Assembly: GCA_963514005.1 (NCBI GenBank)
Contig: OY740788.1
Coordinates: 88,226,001 to 88,290,000, forward strand
Direction of reading: 5' to 3'
Source of the DNA: Raja brachyura
Lineage: Eukaryota
DNA: 64,000 nucleotides
Part shown: positions 1 through 13,800 of the stretch, piece after piece
Numbering within the stretch: the stretch's first letter is position 1
Layout of the letters: every line of letters begins with the position of its first letter
Position numbers and translations under genes: made by a program
The notes under the pieces: generated by a model
What the model saw: the letters and a program-made list of their open reading frames with translations, nothing else
The model's database searches: none
What the model was told of the DNA's origin: nothing

Positions 1-539
1 CATCGCCCTGGAGCAGCCCTGAGCGAAGGTGCTGCTCGCACAGCCTCTCCAATAGGCTAGACTGCCATAACTTGGCATCGCCCTGGAGCAGCCCTGAGCG
101 AAGGTGCTGCTGGCACAGCCTCTCCAATAGGCTGGCAAGGCCATAAGCTTTGCTGCTGGCGCGGGCTCTCACATTGACCCGCGCTGGCCCAACTCCTGCT
201 GTAGGAGTGTCTCTAAAACCCAACGTCTAGAATCACTGACCATCTTATCAGTGACTCCGATTGCGAAACCCGACATTCGCCAGCCTCCCACTTCCGCGGT
301 CAGACCAGGCCCTTAGCTGGTTCCTTCGTCAACCGTCGCAAAACATCCGGCGAAAACCGAGGTTCCTGCAGGAGACCTAAAACAGGTAAGAAATACCACT
401 TACCTGAAGTTTAAACTTAGCGCTGGAGGAGCTGTGCTGCTCCAACCGGTCGACCTGCACCAATGCGTCTGACGTAATGACGCACGTGTGGCGGGACGGG
501 GTTCTTCACGTAGCCACTCACGTGACTCCGAAGTAAAAT
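1..539 (-). mobile_element. DIRS1-type tyrosine-recombinase retrotransposon, 5' terminus (element continues upstream of the window)
   Basis: Ends in TTCACGTAGCCACTCACGTGACTCCGAAGTAAAAT. This matches the 5' terminus of the complete DIRS at ~43290-43326 and the ICR of the DIRS at ~9320-9355. There is a ~76-bp tandem duplication at 1-150. Confidence 0.8.
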
Positions 540-1343
540 ATGTCCCATTTATTGTTACTTCTTTTGTCACAATAACAGATCGTCTTAACTAGGCTCTGGG
601 ACAATTCACTAATTTAAACCAAGGTATTTCCCAAATCCTAGTCTCATTTACCTTCCATCCTGGCTTTTTAGGCCATATGCCACCCTTTAAATATGGGTCC
701 TTGAATCTGATTAGTTGCTGTTTTATTGCAAAAACAGTGTAAGGCCAGAATCTCAGTAAGGTTAAGGGGTTTTGTCAAGAGGGGTATTTCTCCTCCACCA
801 TTATATGGGATGTGCGTACACAGCCAGCATACACTTATTATCACGAAGGGCAAATTCAAAACTCATAATAAACAAATTATTTCCCCAAGTCCAGTCCATC
901 TGGTCCAACCCCAGAATAAAAAAAGAGGGTCAATAGCCCCATTTCTTGGTTCTCTGACCCGTTTACACTCAATCAGATGTATCCACTTCACGGCAGTTGA
1001 TGTTGTTGGTAGCACCTGCTACAGTCCCTTTCAAAACAGTCTCAATTTCTTCTGATCCCAGTGCCATATCAGTACTTAGTCTGATAGTAAAGGGCCTTGT
1101 CCCACTAACGTGACTATACAGTGACTGTCTTCGACCTTCAAGCTCCAGGGCACTCGCCTGAAAAACCTTGAGCTGGTTCGACCGTCAGCGATGAAACTGC
1201 GAGCTGGATCGACCGACCGCACACACACACGCACACAAACACATCGCACAGGCGGTGGCCAGGGAAAGCGGGGGGAGTGCTGTCTGAAATTCACGCCCGC
1301 GATGAACAGGATAACGCGTAGAGAACGCGTAGAGGGGGGTTGC

Positions 1344-3783
1344 AATAGACAATAGGTGCAGGAGTAGGCCATTCGGCCCTTCGAGCCTGCATCGCCATTC
1401 AATGTGATCATGGCTGATCGTCCCCAATCAGTACCCCGTTCCTGCCTTTTCCCCATATCCCCTGACTCTGCTATTTTTAAGAGCCCTATCTAGCTCTCTC
1501 TTGAAAGCATCCAAAGACCTTCTTCCACCACCCTCTGAGGCAGAGAATTCCACAGACTCACCACTCTCTGTGAGAAAAAATGTTTCCTTGTCTCCGTTCT
1601 AAATGGCTTACTCCTTATTCTTAAACTGTGGCACCTGGTTCTGGATTCCCCCAACATCGGAACATGTTTCCTGCCTCTAACGTGTCCAAGCCCTTAATAA
1701 TCTTATATGTTTCAATGAGATCCCCTTCCAAATCCTTATAAACTCCAGAGTGTACATGCCCAGCCGCTCCATTCTCTCAGCATTTGACAGTCCCGCCATC
1801 CCGGAAATTAACCTTGTAAACCTACGCTGCACTCCCTCAATAGCAAGAATGTCCTTCCTCAAATTAGTGGACCAAAACTGCACACAATACTCCAGGTGTG
1901 GTCTCACTAGGGCCCTGTACAACTGCAGAAGGACATCTTTGCTCCTATATTAGATTTCTTTTGTTATAAAGGCGAACATGCCATTCGCTTTCTTCACTGC
2001 CTGCTGTACCTGCATGCTTACTTTCATAGACTGATGTACAAGGACCCCCAGATCCCGTTGTACTTCCCCTTTTCCCAACTTGACGCCATTTAGATAGTAA
2101 TCTACCTTACTGTTTTTGCTACTAAAGTGGATAACCTCACATTTATCCACATTAAACCTCATCTGCCATGCATCTGCCCACTCCCCCAACCTGTCCAAGT
2201 CACCCCGCATTCTCATAGCATCCTCCTCACAGTTCACACTGCCACCCAGCTTTGTGTCATCTGCAAATTTGCTAATATTACTTTGAATCCCGTTATCCAA
2301 CTCATTGATGTAAATTGTAAATAGCTGCGGTCCCAGCACCGAGCCTTGCGGTACCTCACTAGTCACTGCCTGCCATTCTGAAAGGGACCCGTTAACTACT
2401 GGCTCTCCCTTGTTCATTTTCCTAGTTACATCTTCAAAAAATTCCAGAAGATTAGTCAAGCATGATTTCCCCTTCGTAAATCCATGCTGACTGGGACCGA
2501 TCCTGTTACTGCTATCCAAATGTTCAGCTATCTCATCTTTTATAAGTGACTCCAGCATCTTCCCCACCACTGATGTCAGGCTAACTGGTCTATAATTCCC
2601 TGCTTTCTCTCCTGCCTTTCTTAAAAAGTGGGATAACATTAGCTACCCTCCAATCCACAGGAACTGTTCCTGAGTCTATAGAACATTGGAAAATTATCAC
2701 CAATGCATCCACGATTTCTAGAGCCACTTCCTTAAGTACCCTGGGATGCAGACCATCAGTCTATCCAACAGACTGGGCACATGGTATTGGGGGTAGAGTG
2801 CTGACATGGATAGAGAAGTCGTTGGCAGACAGGAAACAAAGAGTAGGGATTAATGGGTCCCTTTCAGAATGGCAACACCATTTCCTGCCTAATGTGGATT
2901 TCCTTCAGTTCCTCCGTCACCCCAGATCCTCTATATCAGGAAGATTGTTTGTGTCCTCCTTAGTGAAGACAGATCCAAAGTACCTGTTCAACTCATCTGC
3001 CATCTCCTTGTTCCCCATAATAAATTCACCTTTTTCGGTCTTCAAGGGTCCAACTTTGGCCTTCACATACCTAAAGAAGCTTTTACTATCCTGCTTTATA
3101 TTCTTGGCTAGCTTACCTTCGTACCTCATCATTTCTCCCTGTATTGTCTTTTTGGTTATCTTCTGTTGCTCTTTAAACATTACCCAATCCTCTTGCTTCC
3201 CGCTCATCTTTGCTACGTTGTACTTCTTCGCTTTAATTTTTATACTTTCCCTGATCCCTGTTAGCCCTGGTCGTCCCTTTCTCCCCTTGGAATCTTTCTT
3301 CCTCCTAGGAATGAACTGATCCTGCACCTTCTGTATTATTCCTAGAAATACCTGCCGTTGTTGTTCCACTGTCATCCCTGCTAGTGTATCTTTCCAGTCG
3401 ACTTTGGCCAGCTCGTCCCTCATTGCCCCATAGTCCCCTTTGTTCAACTGCAACACTGACACCTCCGATCTACCCTTCTCCCTCTCCAATTGTAGATTAA
3501 ACCTGACCATGTTATGGTCACTGCCTCCTAATGGCTCATTAACCTCAGCCACACATTCAGATCCCCTATCTCCCTGTTCCTTTTCTTCACTAGCACGAGG
3601 TACTGGAAGCAATCCAGAGGTAACCACCACACCGGCATTTCAGTCTTCTTCCCAACTCTCTGAAGTCATGTTGGAGAACCTCCTTCCTCTTCTTCCCGAT
3701 GTCGTTTGTGCCTACGTGCACAACTACTGCCGGCTGTTCACCTTCTCTCTCGAGGATGTCCTGAATTCGGCTCGTGACATCCA
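1344..3783 (-). mobile_element. CR1 LINE, deleted and rearranged (ORF1 esterase remnant, ORF2 fragments, 3' UTR with (TGTCTAT)n tail)
   Basis: ORFs 1677-1922, 1950-2639 (VPQGSVLGP, FADD), 2917-3630 and 3590-3784 (VVHVGTND, SGNH esterase). Confidence 0.95.
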
Positions 3784-5598
3784 TTTGAACTCAATTCAAA
3801 AGATAAGAAAATAGGAAGAAAACAAACTTAAAACAGCAATAAGGCAAAACAAACAACCTGCATTTTTGCATCTCTCCTCTGTTAAAAATTAAGAGAAAAT
3901 AAAGAATGAACAGTTAATTTTCATAACGCATTTGCAAAGAATAATGGAAAATAAAATAACCTTGTGTGGCTCAACCTCCACACAACTACTGACTACTTAA
4001 AGAGACACGCACTGCCTCTTAAAACACATTAGTCTCTACAAGGATTTCTTATGTAAAAGCACAAAAGCTCATTCAATTACATCCTATTCATCTGAATTAT
4101 AAGATTATTTCAACATTCTCCAGAACCGGTTCCACAAACACGTAACAATCTTTAAACTTACTTATTTTATACCTTTGTTTCTGTGACATTCACTCATATG
4201 TTGCCACACTTCATGCAAATCTCACAGATATTCATACATTTTAAAGCAATAAAGTTCTCACTCAAAATTAAAACACAGTTATACACAGTTATACACAGTA
4301 CAATACAGAGACAATGAAATTCATAAGCGTGCCCGCAGTTTTACACATTTACTGACTTAACATGGAATTTCACAAAGGAAAATGGGCATCACAATTAGGT
4401 TTTTAAATTGTAAGGTGCTTCTCTATTGTTTTCCTTTCTTACCAGCATGCGTAAGGGAGTGTATATAAAATAAAGTAACAGGCAGAAAAACATTAATTAC
4501 ACACATTTGTCTAAGAGGGGTGTGAGCCAGAGTCCCGTGGTGTAATCAATGTCACAGCCCTCTCGTTTGACAAAACCATTCTGTCTACTAGAATCTTTGG
4601 TTCTATGGGGACCAATGTACACAATTCACAAGCTAGGACATTCCCCTGGGAGACTTTATCATGGCTACTCATATGGATATTGGACTTAATAATGGCTAGG
4701 TAGACAGGGAAGGCTGGGGCTAGTATAGTGGTCAGCGTTGTCTTTAAGTTGTGAAAGTCTTCTTCTTGATCAGAATGAGAGAGCTAAAAATGAAAAAGAA
4801 TTAACCAAGCCCAAAAAACCCTCATCTGCTAGGACTGGTATGATTCACAATAGGATGGTCCAATTATCTGTCAGTCAGGATCCTGGGCGCTGTGATTGGA
4901 CAGTGATCCAGATTGTGATTGGTCAGACTACCTGTCAATCAGGATCTTGCCACACCCCATAACCATTGGGTCACTCACGAATTCTCTTCTCTGTCTTTCG
5001 CTCTCTCCAGCAGAGGCGAGCTCTGTGCCAAAATTGATTCAAAGTTCAAAGGCAAGTTTGTTTTAAACTGTACATGCTGTTGGCTTGTGATTTAAAGTTC
5101 TTGAGCAGCCTCAATTATCATGCTATTTTTTCCTCTTTCAATCTTCTTTAATTTATCTGCTGTTTCTCTCTCTGGTCATCTGCATTATTTAACTCTCTCA
5201 CTGCTCCTTCTTCCTCTTCTGCCTCAGCCCTTTCCCCTTCTTTCTCATCTGCCTTTTTAGTCGCCGAGTCGCTATCAGTATCATTTTTGTCTGGGGGGGT
5301 GCCCTTTCCTGTAGGGGTGCTGGAACTTCCCCTTCCCTGCAGGATCTTGTATGGGGGAGGTGGTCTACACTATTCCTGACTTTATTCATTCATTCCACTC
5401 TTCTATAACCAGGGTCACCATGTCCGACAAGGGGTCTCTAGAGGACTTACCAGGACTTGGTTTGTTCTAAACCATTAATTGCTTGTTTTCTGAACTCTTA
5501 TCAGCGTTTTTTCTCTCTACCTGGGCCATTTTCACTAGTTCCTCTGCTCACTGGCAGTCCAGCTGTAACACATTCCATCCTTTCATAGTACCATCCTT

Positions 5599-5704
5599 CT
5601 GAAGAGTCTGAAGAAGGGTCCCGACCCAAAACATCGCCTATCTCCTTCGCTCCTTAGATGCTGCTGCACCCGCTGAATTTCTCCAGCTTTTTGTGTAACC
5701 CCCC
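5599..5704 (+). mobile_element. Short Penelope pseudo-LTR insertion into ERV gag with 20-bp TSD
   Basis: CCTTTCATAGTACCATCCTT is repeated at 5579-5598 and 5705-5724. The insert matches the 3' end of the Penelope element at 47340-47435. Confidence 0.85.
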
Positions 5705-6494
5705 CCTTTCATAGTACCATCCTTGTTTCTTAACTCTATCCCGCTCTCCTCGTTCTTCTTTTCTGTCTCCACTTTCCATTCCTTAATTCACTTTTTCCAT
5801 TTATTTCCTGCGTCTCTTTCCCATATCAGCATCTCTGCTCTTTTAATCATCTTTACATTCCCTGTTCTACCCACTGGCCGGGACTCATCTTACTTTTAGG
5901 ATTCAAATAACACATGTGTTGCACAGGTGTTCCCTGTCACTTTAGTTCAAATGTTACCCATTATTGCAGTGTCTTTTAACACTTACTTAATTGTGAATGA
6001 CAGGCTTTCTACCTGCGGAGCAAATCCCCGACTCCTTTCCTAGTAGCAAAATAGGGCCATTTCCCCGTCATTTTTATCCAGATTATTCCCCATAGCTGCT
6101 AGACTCTCTCAGCCAAGCTACTTTGTGAGCTACAAAATTTTTTAGTTTGCGAAGCCAATTGCCGACTACTCTCCGAGTAGCAAGATACCTTACCAACTAC
6201 TTTCCTAGTAGCTACAAGAATTTCTCTTATCAACTACTTTTCTTGTAGTAAATTCTCTTACCAACTACTTTCCCAGTAGCAAAAATGTCAATACAGTTGG
6301 TCTTACCTTTGTTGTTTGCATCTAAGGATTTCGGCAGGGCAACAGATCAACCTACTACAAAAGACTGAAGTTTTACCGGGTCTTTCTTCGGGAGGTCGAT
6401 CTCAAGCGGTCTGACTAGTGCACTTTTTTTCCCCCATCCGATCCCAGTCAAATTATGGCCTCTTACTCGCTCATCTGTTGATGGTCCCAGCGAA

Positions 6495-6512
6495 ATCCTG
6501 CCGACTACACCA
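6495..6512 (-). promoter_or_regulatory. Retroviral primer-binding site, tRNA-Ser
   Basis: Minus strand TGGTGTAGTCGGCAGGAT, 1 nt from the LTR end. Complementary (17/18) to the vertebrate tRNA-Ser 3' end ATCCTGCCGACTACGCCA. Confidence 0.85.
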
Positions 6513-6513
6513 A

Positions 6514-7191
6514 TGTTAAGGTTCATTTCTTAAAACAGACAACTCACAATTTTAGATAAACCAACACAAGCTTTCCTGATCATTTAGCTGGCGAGAGTGC
6601 CAGGGGATACAAAGTAAAGTATGCAACAGATACTTAACCCTCCTGGGTCATCACTCTAATGAACAAAGACATACAGCATATTTTTTATAGTATTTTGGAA
6701 AAGTAGTCACATGTTTATACAGCAATAACGTTTAATACAAATCAATCACAGCTCTACCCATTCAAAGAATTCTTGTTACTGATACAATACTCCTGTCATC
6801 CCGTGCTTCTATCAACCATAAAGTGTTGATCACAAACATCGAAACAAGAACTTAGAAGCACAACATTTACAATTCCATCTTAACAATATAATCTTCGATT
6901 GTCGGCTACCAACCAGAGGCTTCTGTTTACAGAAACTACCAACTCCAAAGGAAACACATCCTCTCTAAAGGCTTCTGTTTACAGAAGCCAGCACCTTCTC
7001 AGGAAGTACATCCTCTCCCACCATTGAAATGTTTTTTTGCTTGGGCAAAATAGGAAGCAGCTTGCATGCAGTATAAATGCTGGCCTCCAATTTCCTGATC
7101 ACCCAGCTCTCCTGCAGCACAGAATTACAAAGATTCAGTTTACTCAAAACCCAGTAGTCAAATTAATCTTTAATTACTAAAACACCTTACA
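6514..7191 (-). repeat. ERV 5' LTR (~678 bp)
   Basis: Bounded by TGTTAAGG...CCTTACA and directly adjacent to the PBS. Minus-strand TATAAAA at ~6683-6689. Duplicated AGGCTTCTGTTTACAGAA in the U3 part. Confidence 0.8.
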
Positions 7192-7251
7192 GTGTAATGT
7201 ATTATTAACTAGAATATTCTCAAGGGCTCTGGGACTGGCTTAGAAGAAACA

Positions 7252-8246
7252 GGTTACATGTTAGCCAGAAAAAGCAACCTACCAGAGGACTGGGAGACAT
7301 TCAGAGTCCAGCAGAGGAGGACAAATGGCTTAATTAGGAAAGGGAAAATAGATTATGAAAGAAAACTGACAGGGAACATAAAAACTGATTGCAAAAGATT
7401 TTATAGACATGTGAAGAGAAAAAGATTAGTTAAAACAAATGTAGGTCCCTTGCAGTCAGAAACAGGTGAATTGATCATGGGGAACAAGGACATGGCAGAT
7501 CAATTGAATAACTACTTTGGTTCTGTCTTCACAAAGGAAGACATAAATAATCTGCCTGAAATAGCAGGGGACTGGGGGTCAAATAAGATGGAGGAAATGA
7601 GTGAAATCCAGGTTAGCTGGGAAGTGGTGTTGTGTAAATTGAATGAATTAAAGGCCGATAAATCCCCAGGGCCAAATAGGCTGCATCCCACAATACTCAA
7701 AGAAGTAGCCACATAAATAGTGGATGCATTAGTGATAATTTTTCAAAATTCTTTAGATTCTGGAGTAGTTCCTGAGGATTGGAGGGTAGCTAATGTAACC
7801 CCACTTTTTAAAAAAGGAGGGAGTGAGAAAACGGGGAATTACAGACCAGTTAGTCTAACATCGGTACTTACTAACAAAATTCTTAAGGGTTTGGACAGGC
7901 TAGATGCAGGAAGATTGTTCCCGACGTTGGGGAGGTCCAGAACAAGGGGTCACAGTTTAAGGATAAGGGGGAATTCCTTTAGGACCGAGATGAGGAAAAC
8001 ATTTTTCACACAGAGAGTGGTGAGTCTCTAGAATTCTCTGTCACAGAAGGTAGTTGAGGCCAGTTCATTGGCTACATTTAAGAGGGAGTTAGATGTGGCC
8101 CTTGTGGCTAAAGGGATCAGGGGGTATGGAGAGAAGGCAGGTACAGGATATTGAGTTGGATGATCAGCCATAATCATATTGAATGGCAGTGCAGGCTCGA
8201 AGGGCCGAATGGCCTACTCCTGCACCTATTTTCTATGTTTCTATGT
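7252..8246 (+). mobile_element. CR1 LINE fragment with the RT core deleted
   Basis: ORFs 7258-7716 and 7720-8031 join YRPVSLTSV directly to the C-terminus. (TTTCTATG)n tail. Confidence 0.95.
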
Positions 8247-10865
8247 TGATCACCTGTGTTCATGCCCTCTCTCAGGCTGACAGTTCATTGTTCATTGATC
8301 TGTCATTGCTCATCTGCATTGTGTTGATGCGGGCCCCTAATCCACGTTAAATAGTGGGAAGCACGGTTGAAATTGCCCCTCAATATCATTTCCATGTTCC
8401 AGTGAAGTAGATAACTCATTGCACCATCGGCAGTAAAGGAAAGATAAGAATCCGACACAAAGGCAGAAGAATAGGGTTGGTGTAATTACAGAGTCAACGT
8501 GGATGTATGAAATGGACATCATGGGTGAGTAATCTTTTAAAGCTCACGTTCTTAGATGTTTGTGACGAGCATAGTAGGGTTGTGTTTGTCAATGAGCCAT
8601 GCGGAGACAGTAGCTGTAGACGAGATCGACCATTATTCATCACAAGCAGACACATAGATGGGAGAATCTCCTGGAGGAACTGGAATGAACAGCAGGTATT
8701 CAAGCTGTGAGGCTGTGACTAGTGAGAGGTGGTGCAGGGTTTGGTGCTGGGACCCTCACTGTTCACAATCGAGGATGAGGAGACCAAGTATAACATATCC
8801 TGGTTAGTTGGTAGGTGATGCAACATGTGAGGAGCTGCAGGGGGCACAGACAAGTATAAAGAGCAGGACAAGCCAGAAGGTTTATAATTTGGAAAAATAT
8901 AGTCATTCACTTCTGTTGGAAAAATGGACATGCAAAGCATTTTTTTAAATGTTGTGAGACTGTAAGGTCAGAAGAATCTGGGTGTTCTCATGCATAAAAT
9001 AACTTAAAATCAACATGTAGATAGAAAGTAAATCTGAAGTAAAATAGTAAGATTAAATGAGAACTTACCAGTTTGAAGCTTGATCTTTATTTTATGAGGA
9101 GTTATGGTGAGCGATTACGTGAAGAAGCCCCGCGAGTGCGCATGCGCGTCAATCACAGTAACTACAGTTGAAGTGATATAGTAAGACTCAGAAGACTAGA
9201 ACTACCAGATGATCTTTGCGATCATGAGGGCCGGGGGCGAGGGCACGTAATCGCTCACCGTAACCCCTCATAAAATAAATATCAAACTTCAAACTGGTAA
9301 GTTCTCGTTTAATCTTACTATTTTACTTCGGAGTCAAGTGAGTGATTCCGTGAAGATTTCAAAGCTCTGTGATTTCATGCCGTAGATCCAGTTCCATACA
9401 ACACACTGCTTCGGTTGACACAGGATAAACAAATAATGTATTGAACATTGCTTAAATTATACAATGAATGTTTTTAATAATAAAAGAACAGTAATAACCC
9501 CTCTCTCCCAGGAGGAAATTATAAAACAGAACTGTTTGTACTGACACCTTTCTATTAGTTTTTTTGTGGCTGATAAGCATTGCTGTTTCGGAGCCTCTGA
9601 GACACTTGGTGACCTCAACATATTGACGGAGGTGCATAACTACACATAGTCTCAGGTCAATGGGGTATGCTTTAAAGCTTACTTTGGTTCCAGACGTTCC
9701 TGGACTGCTTTGTTTGATTAGATCGTATACATAAAATGTATTATTATCTACAGACTAATGCATGCTGTCCAATCGTAGCTTTTGCAATGTCTGGACCCGT
9801 TGCCCTGAAACCAGCGCCATGAGCATGACCACTTTGAGCGTTAGCTTCTGGAAAGACAGAGATGTAATTGGAGCTCATTGCCGAAGCAGTGTGAGAGCTA
9901 TGCTCACATCCCAGATTTCCGTATATCTAGGTCTGGGAGGGTTTTTGGGAGGGTTTTTGGGAGGGTCATGAATCGGGACACCAATGGATGAGATCCGACA
10001 GAGCATTGTCCCAAGTCCTGCCATAAATAGGAGGACAAAGCACTTCGAGCACTATTAATGCTACTATAGCTCAGTTGCTCATCAAAATGCAATGTAGCAA
10101 GGAACTCCAATACATCAGGTATGCCTGCAGTATGATAACATATATTTGACTGTAAGCAGAACATCTCCCATTTCTTAAGACAAGATACATATTGTTTTTG
10201 AGTACTATCTCTCCAGGCCGCAGTAATCACATCCACGGTCCTACTCGACAGCCCGGGCCCCTGGAACGGTCAGGTCAGAATCTCCAAATCAACAGATTAA
10301 TACGATCATGTAAAGGGTGACATTCTCCTGTCGTAGGGTGAACCAACAAGTTGCTGCATTTGGGGATAGTCATTAATGGCTGTGTCATCAGTCTCAGAAC
10401 CAATGGGAACCATGGCTGTGTGGGCCAGTCAGGAACTACCAAAATGCCTGAAGCGGAATCCTGCTCTATTTTGGTGAGACATTGACTGATGAGGCGGGAT
10501 GGGGGCAAAGCGTAAAAGAACGCACCTCCCCAATGTAGCGAGAATGCATCCACCGCTACTGCCCCTGGATCCGGTTCCCATGAGACGTATTTAGGTAACT
10601 GGTGATTTAACCTGGATGCAAACAGATCTATGTCTGGCAATCCATACCAGATGACAATCTTTTTGAAAACTTTTGGATTCAGCATCCATTCTGTGTTGTC
10701 ATTAAATTTACATGACCTGGTGTCTGCCACCACGTTAGCTCTACCTGGTAGGTAGGTAGCTGAGACCCAGAGGTTTCTCACAGTACACCAGTGCCAGATG
10801 AGGTTAGTCAGATTATCACATGATAATGACTTAATTCCACCATGTGATTAATATATGCAACTGCT

Positions 10866-13800
10866 TGGAATGGTCTTATCTGTTTTCGGTCATGGAAACT
10901 TTTAAGTTGGGAGAGAAGTTTATATCATGGGTTAAATTATTATATGCGAATCCAACAGCTAGAATATTAACAAATCAAATGTTATCAACTAAATTTAATT
11001 TATCCCGAGGCTGTAGACAAGGTTGTCCCTTATCCCCACTACTGTTCGCACTTGCAATTGAACCATTAGCTCAAAGCGTGAGATTACATCCTGAAATATA
11101 TAGGTACGAAACTAGAGAAACTGAAAATAAAATCTCCTTATATGCTGATGATGTACTACTTTATATTACAAAACCGGAAATTAGTATTTTAAATTTATTA
11201 AATTTAATAACTGAATTTGGTTTGTTTTCAGGATATAGTATTAATTGGAATAAAAGTGAACTTATGCCAATAAAGGTAAATAATCTACATACATTACAAC
11301 AATATCCTTTTAAGATAGCAAAAGAAAAAATAAAATATCTCGGAATTCATGTAACAAAAAGATATGATTCTTTATTTAAATCTAATTTCCCACCATTACT
11401 GAATAAACTAAATAAGAATATTTTATATTGGAAAACATTACCTATCTCAATGTTAGGTAGAATTAATGCAATAAAAATGATTTTTCTTCCACAAATACTA
11501 TATCTTTGCCAATTGATACCAATATACCTTCCTAAAAACTTTTTAAAAAAAAGTTGACTCTATAGTCACCAATTTTATCTGGGAATATAAGAGTCATAGA
11601 ATAAATAAAAAACACTTATGTAAATCAAAAATAAATGGAGGTCTAGCATTGCCAAATTTTATGTTTTATTACTGGGCAGTTAGTATTAAAAATATGAATT
11701 TTTGGCTGATGAATTAGATAAACAACCAAATTGGTTAAAAATGGAAAAAGAAGATTGTACACCTTTTGACATTAGCACGATTTTATTCGCCAATGCTAAA
11801 CTAGCTAAGAAAACCCATAAAAAAACCCTACAATAGAGAGTGGGATACGTATCTGGAAACAACTTAAGAAAACATTAAAATTGCAATGTATATCACTAGC
11901 TCTCCCCATTGTAAACAATGTCACATTTAGAAACATAGAAACATAGAAAAATAGGTGCAGGAGTAGGCCATTCGGCCCATTCAATGTGATCATGGCTGAT
12001 CATCCAACTCAGTATCCCGTACCTGCCTTCTCTCCATACCCCCTGATCCCTTTAGCCACAAGTGCCACATCTAACGCCCTCTTAAATATAGCCAATGAAC
12101 TGGCCTCAACTACCTTCTGTGGCAGAGAATTCCAGAGACTCACCACTCTCTGTGTAAAGAATGTTTTCCTCATCTCGGTCCTAAAGGAATTCCCCCTTAT
12201 CCTTAGACTGTGACCCCTTGTTCTGGACTCCCCCAACATCGGGAACAATCTTCCAGCATCTAGCTTGTCCAATCCCTTAAGAATTTTGTAAGTTTCTATA
12301 AGATCCCCCCTCAATCTTCTAAATTCCAGCGAGTACAAGCCGAGTCTATCCAATCTTTCCTCATATGAAAGTCCTGCCATCCCAGGAATCAGTCTGGTGA
12401 ACCTTCTCTGTACCCCCTCTATGGCAAGGATGTCTTTCCTCAGATTTGGAGACCAAAACTGTACGCAATACTCCAGGTGTGGCCTCACCAAAACCCTGTA
12501 CAACTGCAGTAGAACCTCCCTGCTCCTATACTCAAATCCTTTCGCTATGAATGCTAACATACCATTTGCTTTCTTCACTGCCTGCTGCACCTGCATGCCT
12601 ACTTTCAATGACTGGTGTACCATGACACCCAGGTCTCGTTGCATCTCCCCTTTTCCTAATTTGCCACCATTCAGATAATAGTCTACCCTCATGTTTTTGC
12701 CACCAAAGTGGATAACCTCACATTTATCCACATTATACTGCATCTGCCATGCATCTGCCCATTCACTCAGCCTATTCAAATCACCCTGCAGCCTCCAAGC
12801 ATCCTCCTCACACCTAACTATACCATCCAGCTTGGTGTCATCTGCAAATTTGGAGATGTTGCATTGAATTCCCTCGTCCAAATCATTAATATATATTGTA
12901 AATAGCTGGGGTCCCAGCACTGAGCCTTGCGGTACCCCACTAGTCACTGCCTGCCATTCTGAAAAGGACCCGTTTACTCCTACCCTTTGCCTCCTGTCTG
13001 CTAGAAAGTTCTCTATCCACATCAATACTGAACCCCCAATACCGTGTGCTTTAAGTTTATATGCTAATCTCTTATGCGGGACCTTGTCGACAGCCTTCTG
13101 AAAGTCTAGATATAACACATCCACTGGTTCTCCCTTATCCACTCTACTAGTTACATCCTCGAAAAATTCTATCAGATTTGTCAGACATGATTTACCTTTC
13201 GTAAATCCATGCTGACTTTGTCCAATGATTTCACCACTTTCCAAATGCGCTGCTATCCCATCTTTAATAACTGACTCTAGCAGTTTCCCCACTACCGATG
13301 TTAGACTAACTGGTCTGCCAATCCTCAGGAACTACTCCAGAATCTAAGGAATTTTGAAAAATTATCACTAATGCATCCACTATTTCTGTGGCTACCTCCT
13401 TGAGTACTCTGGGATGCAGACTCTCTGGCCCTGGGGATTTATCGGCCTTCAATCTGTTCAATTTACCCAACACCACCTCCCGGCTAACCTGGATTTCACT
13501 CAGTTCCTCCATCTTATTTGACCCCCGTTCCACTGCTATTTCCGGCAGATTATTTATGTCTTCCTTAGTGAAGACAGAACCAAAGTAGTTATTCAATTGG
13601 TCTGCCATGTCCTAGTTCGCCATGATCAATTCACCTGTTTCTGACTGCAAGGGACCAACATTTGTTTTAACTAGTCTCTTCCTCTTCACATATCTATAAA
13701 AAGCTTTTGCAGTCAGTTTTTATGTTCCCTGCCAGTTTCCTTTCATAATCTATTTTCCCTTTCCTAATTAAGCCCTTTGTCCTCCTCTGCTGGACTCTGA

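Larger units (their letters stand above)
540..7191 (-). mobile_element. Decayed endogenous retrovirus (5' LTR, PBS, gag, fragments of pol and probable env), interrupted by CR1 and Penelope insertions
   Basis: TG..CA LTR followed by a tRNA-Ser PBS. Gag starts MG at 5961 with a PPPPY motif at 5349-5363. Integrase C-terminal remnant QVLPTTSTAVKWIH..CKR at ~955-1025. N-glycosylation-rich env-like frames at ~600-930. Many stops and deletions. Confidence 0.75.

Noticed and set aside
8492-8524. 33-nt phase 1/1 exon candidate (STWMYEMDIM, donor G|GTGAGT) as first exon of the receptor
   Set aside because: No pyrimidine tract, not hydrophobic, and an in-frame stop upstream. The real leader probably lies outside the window.
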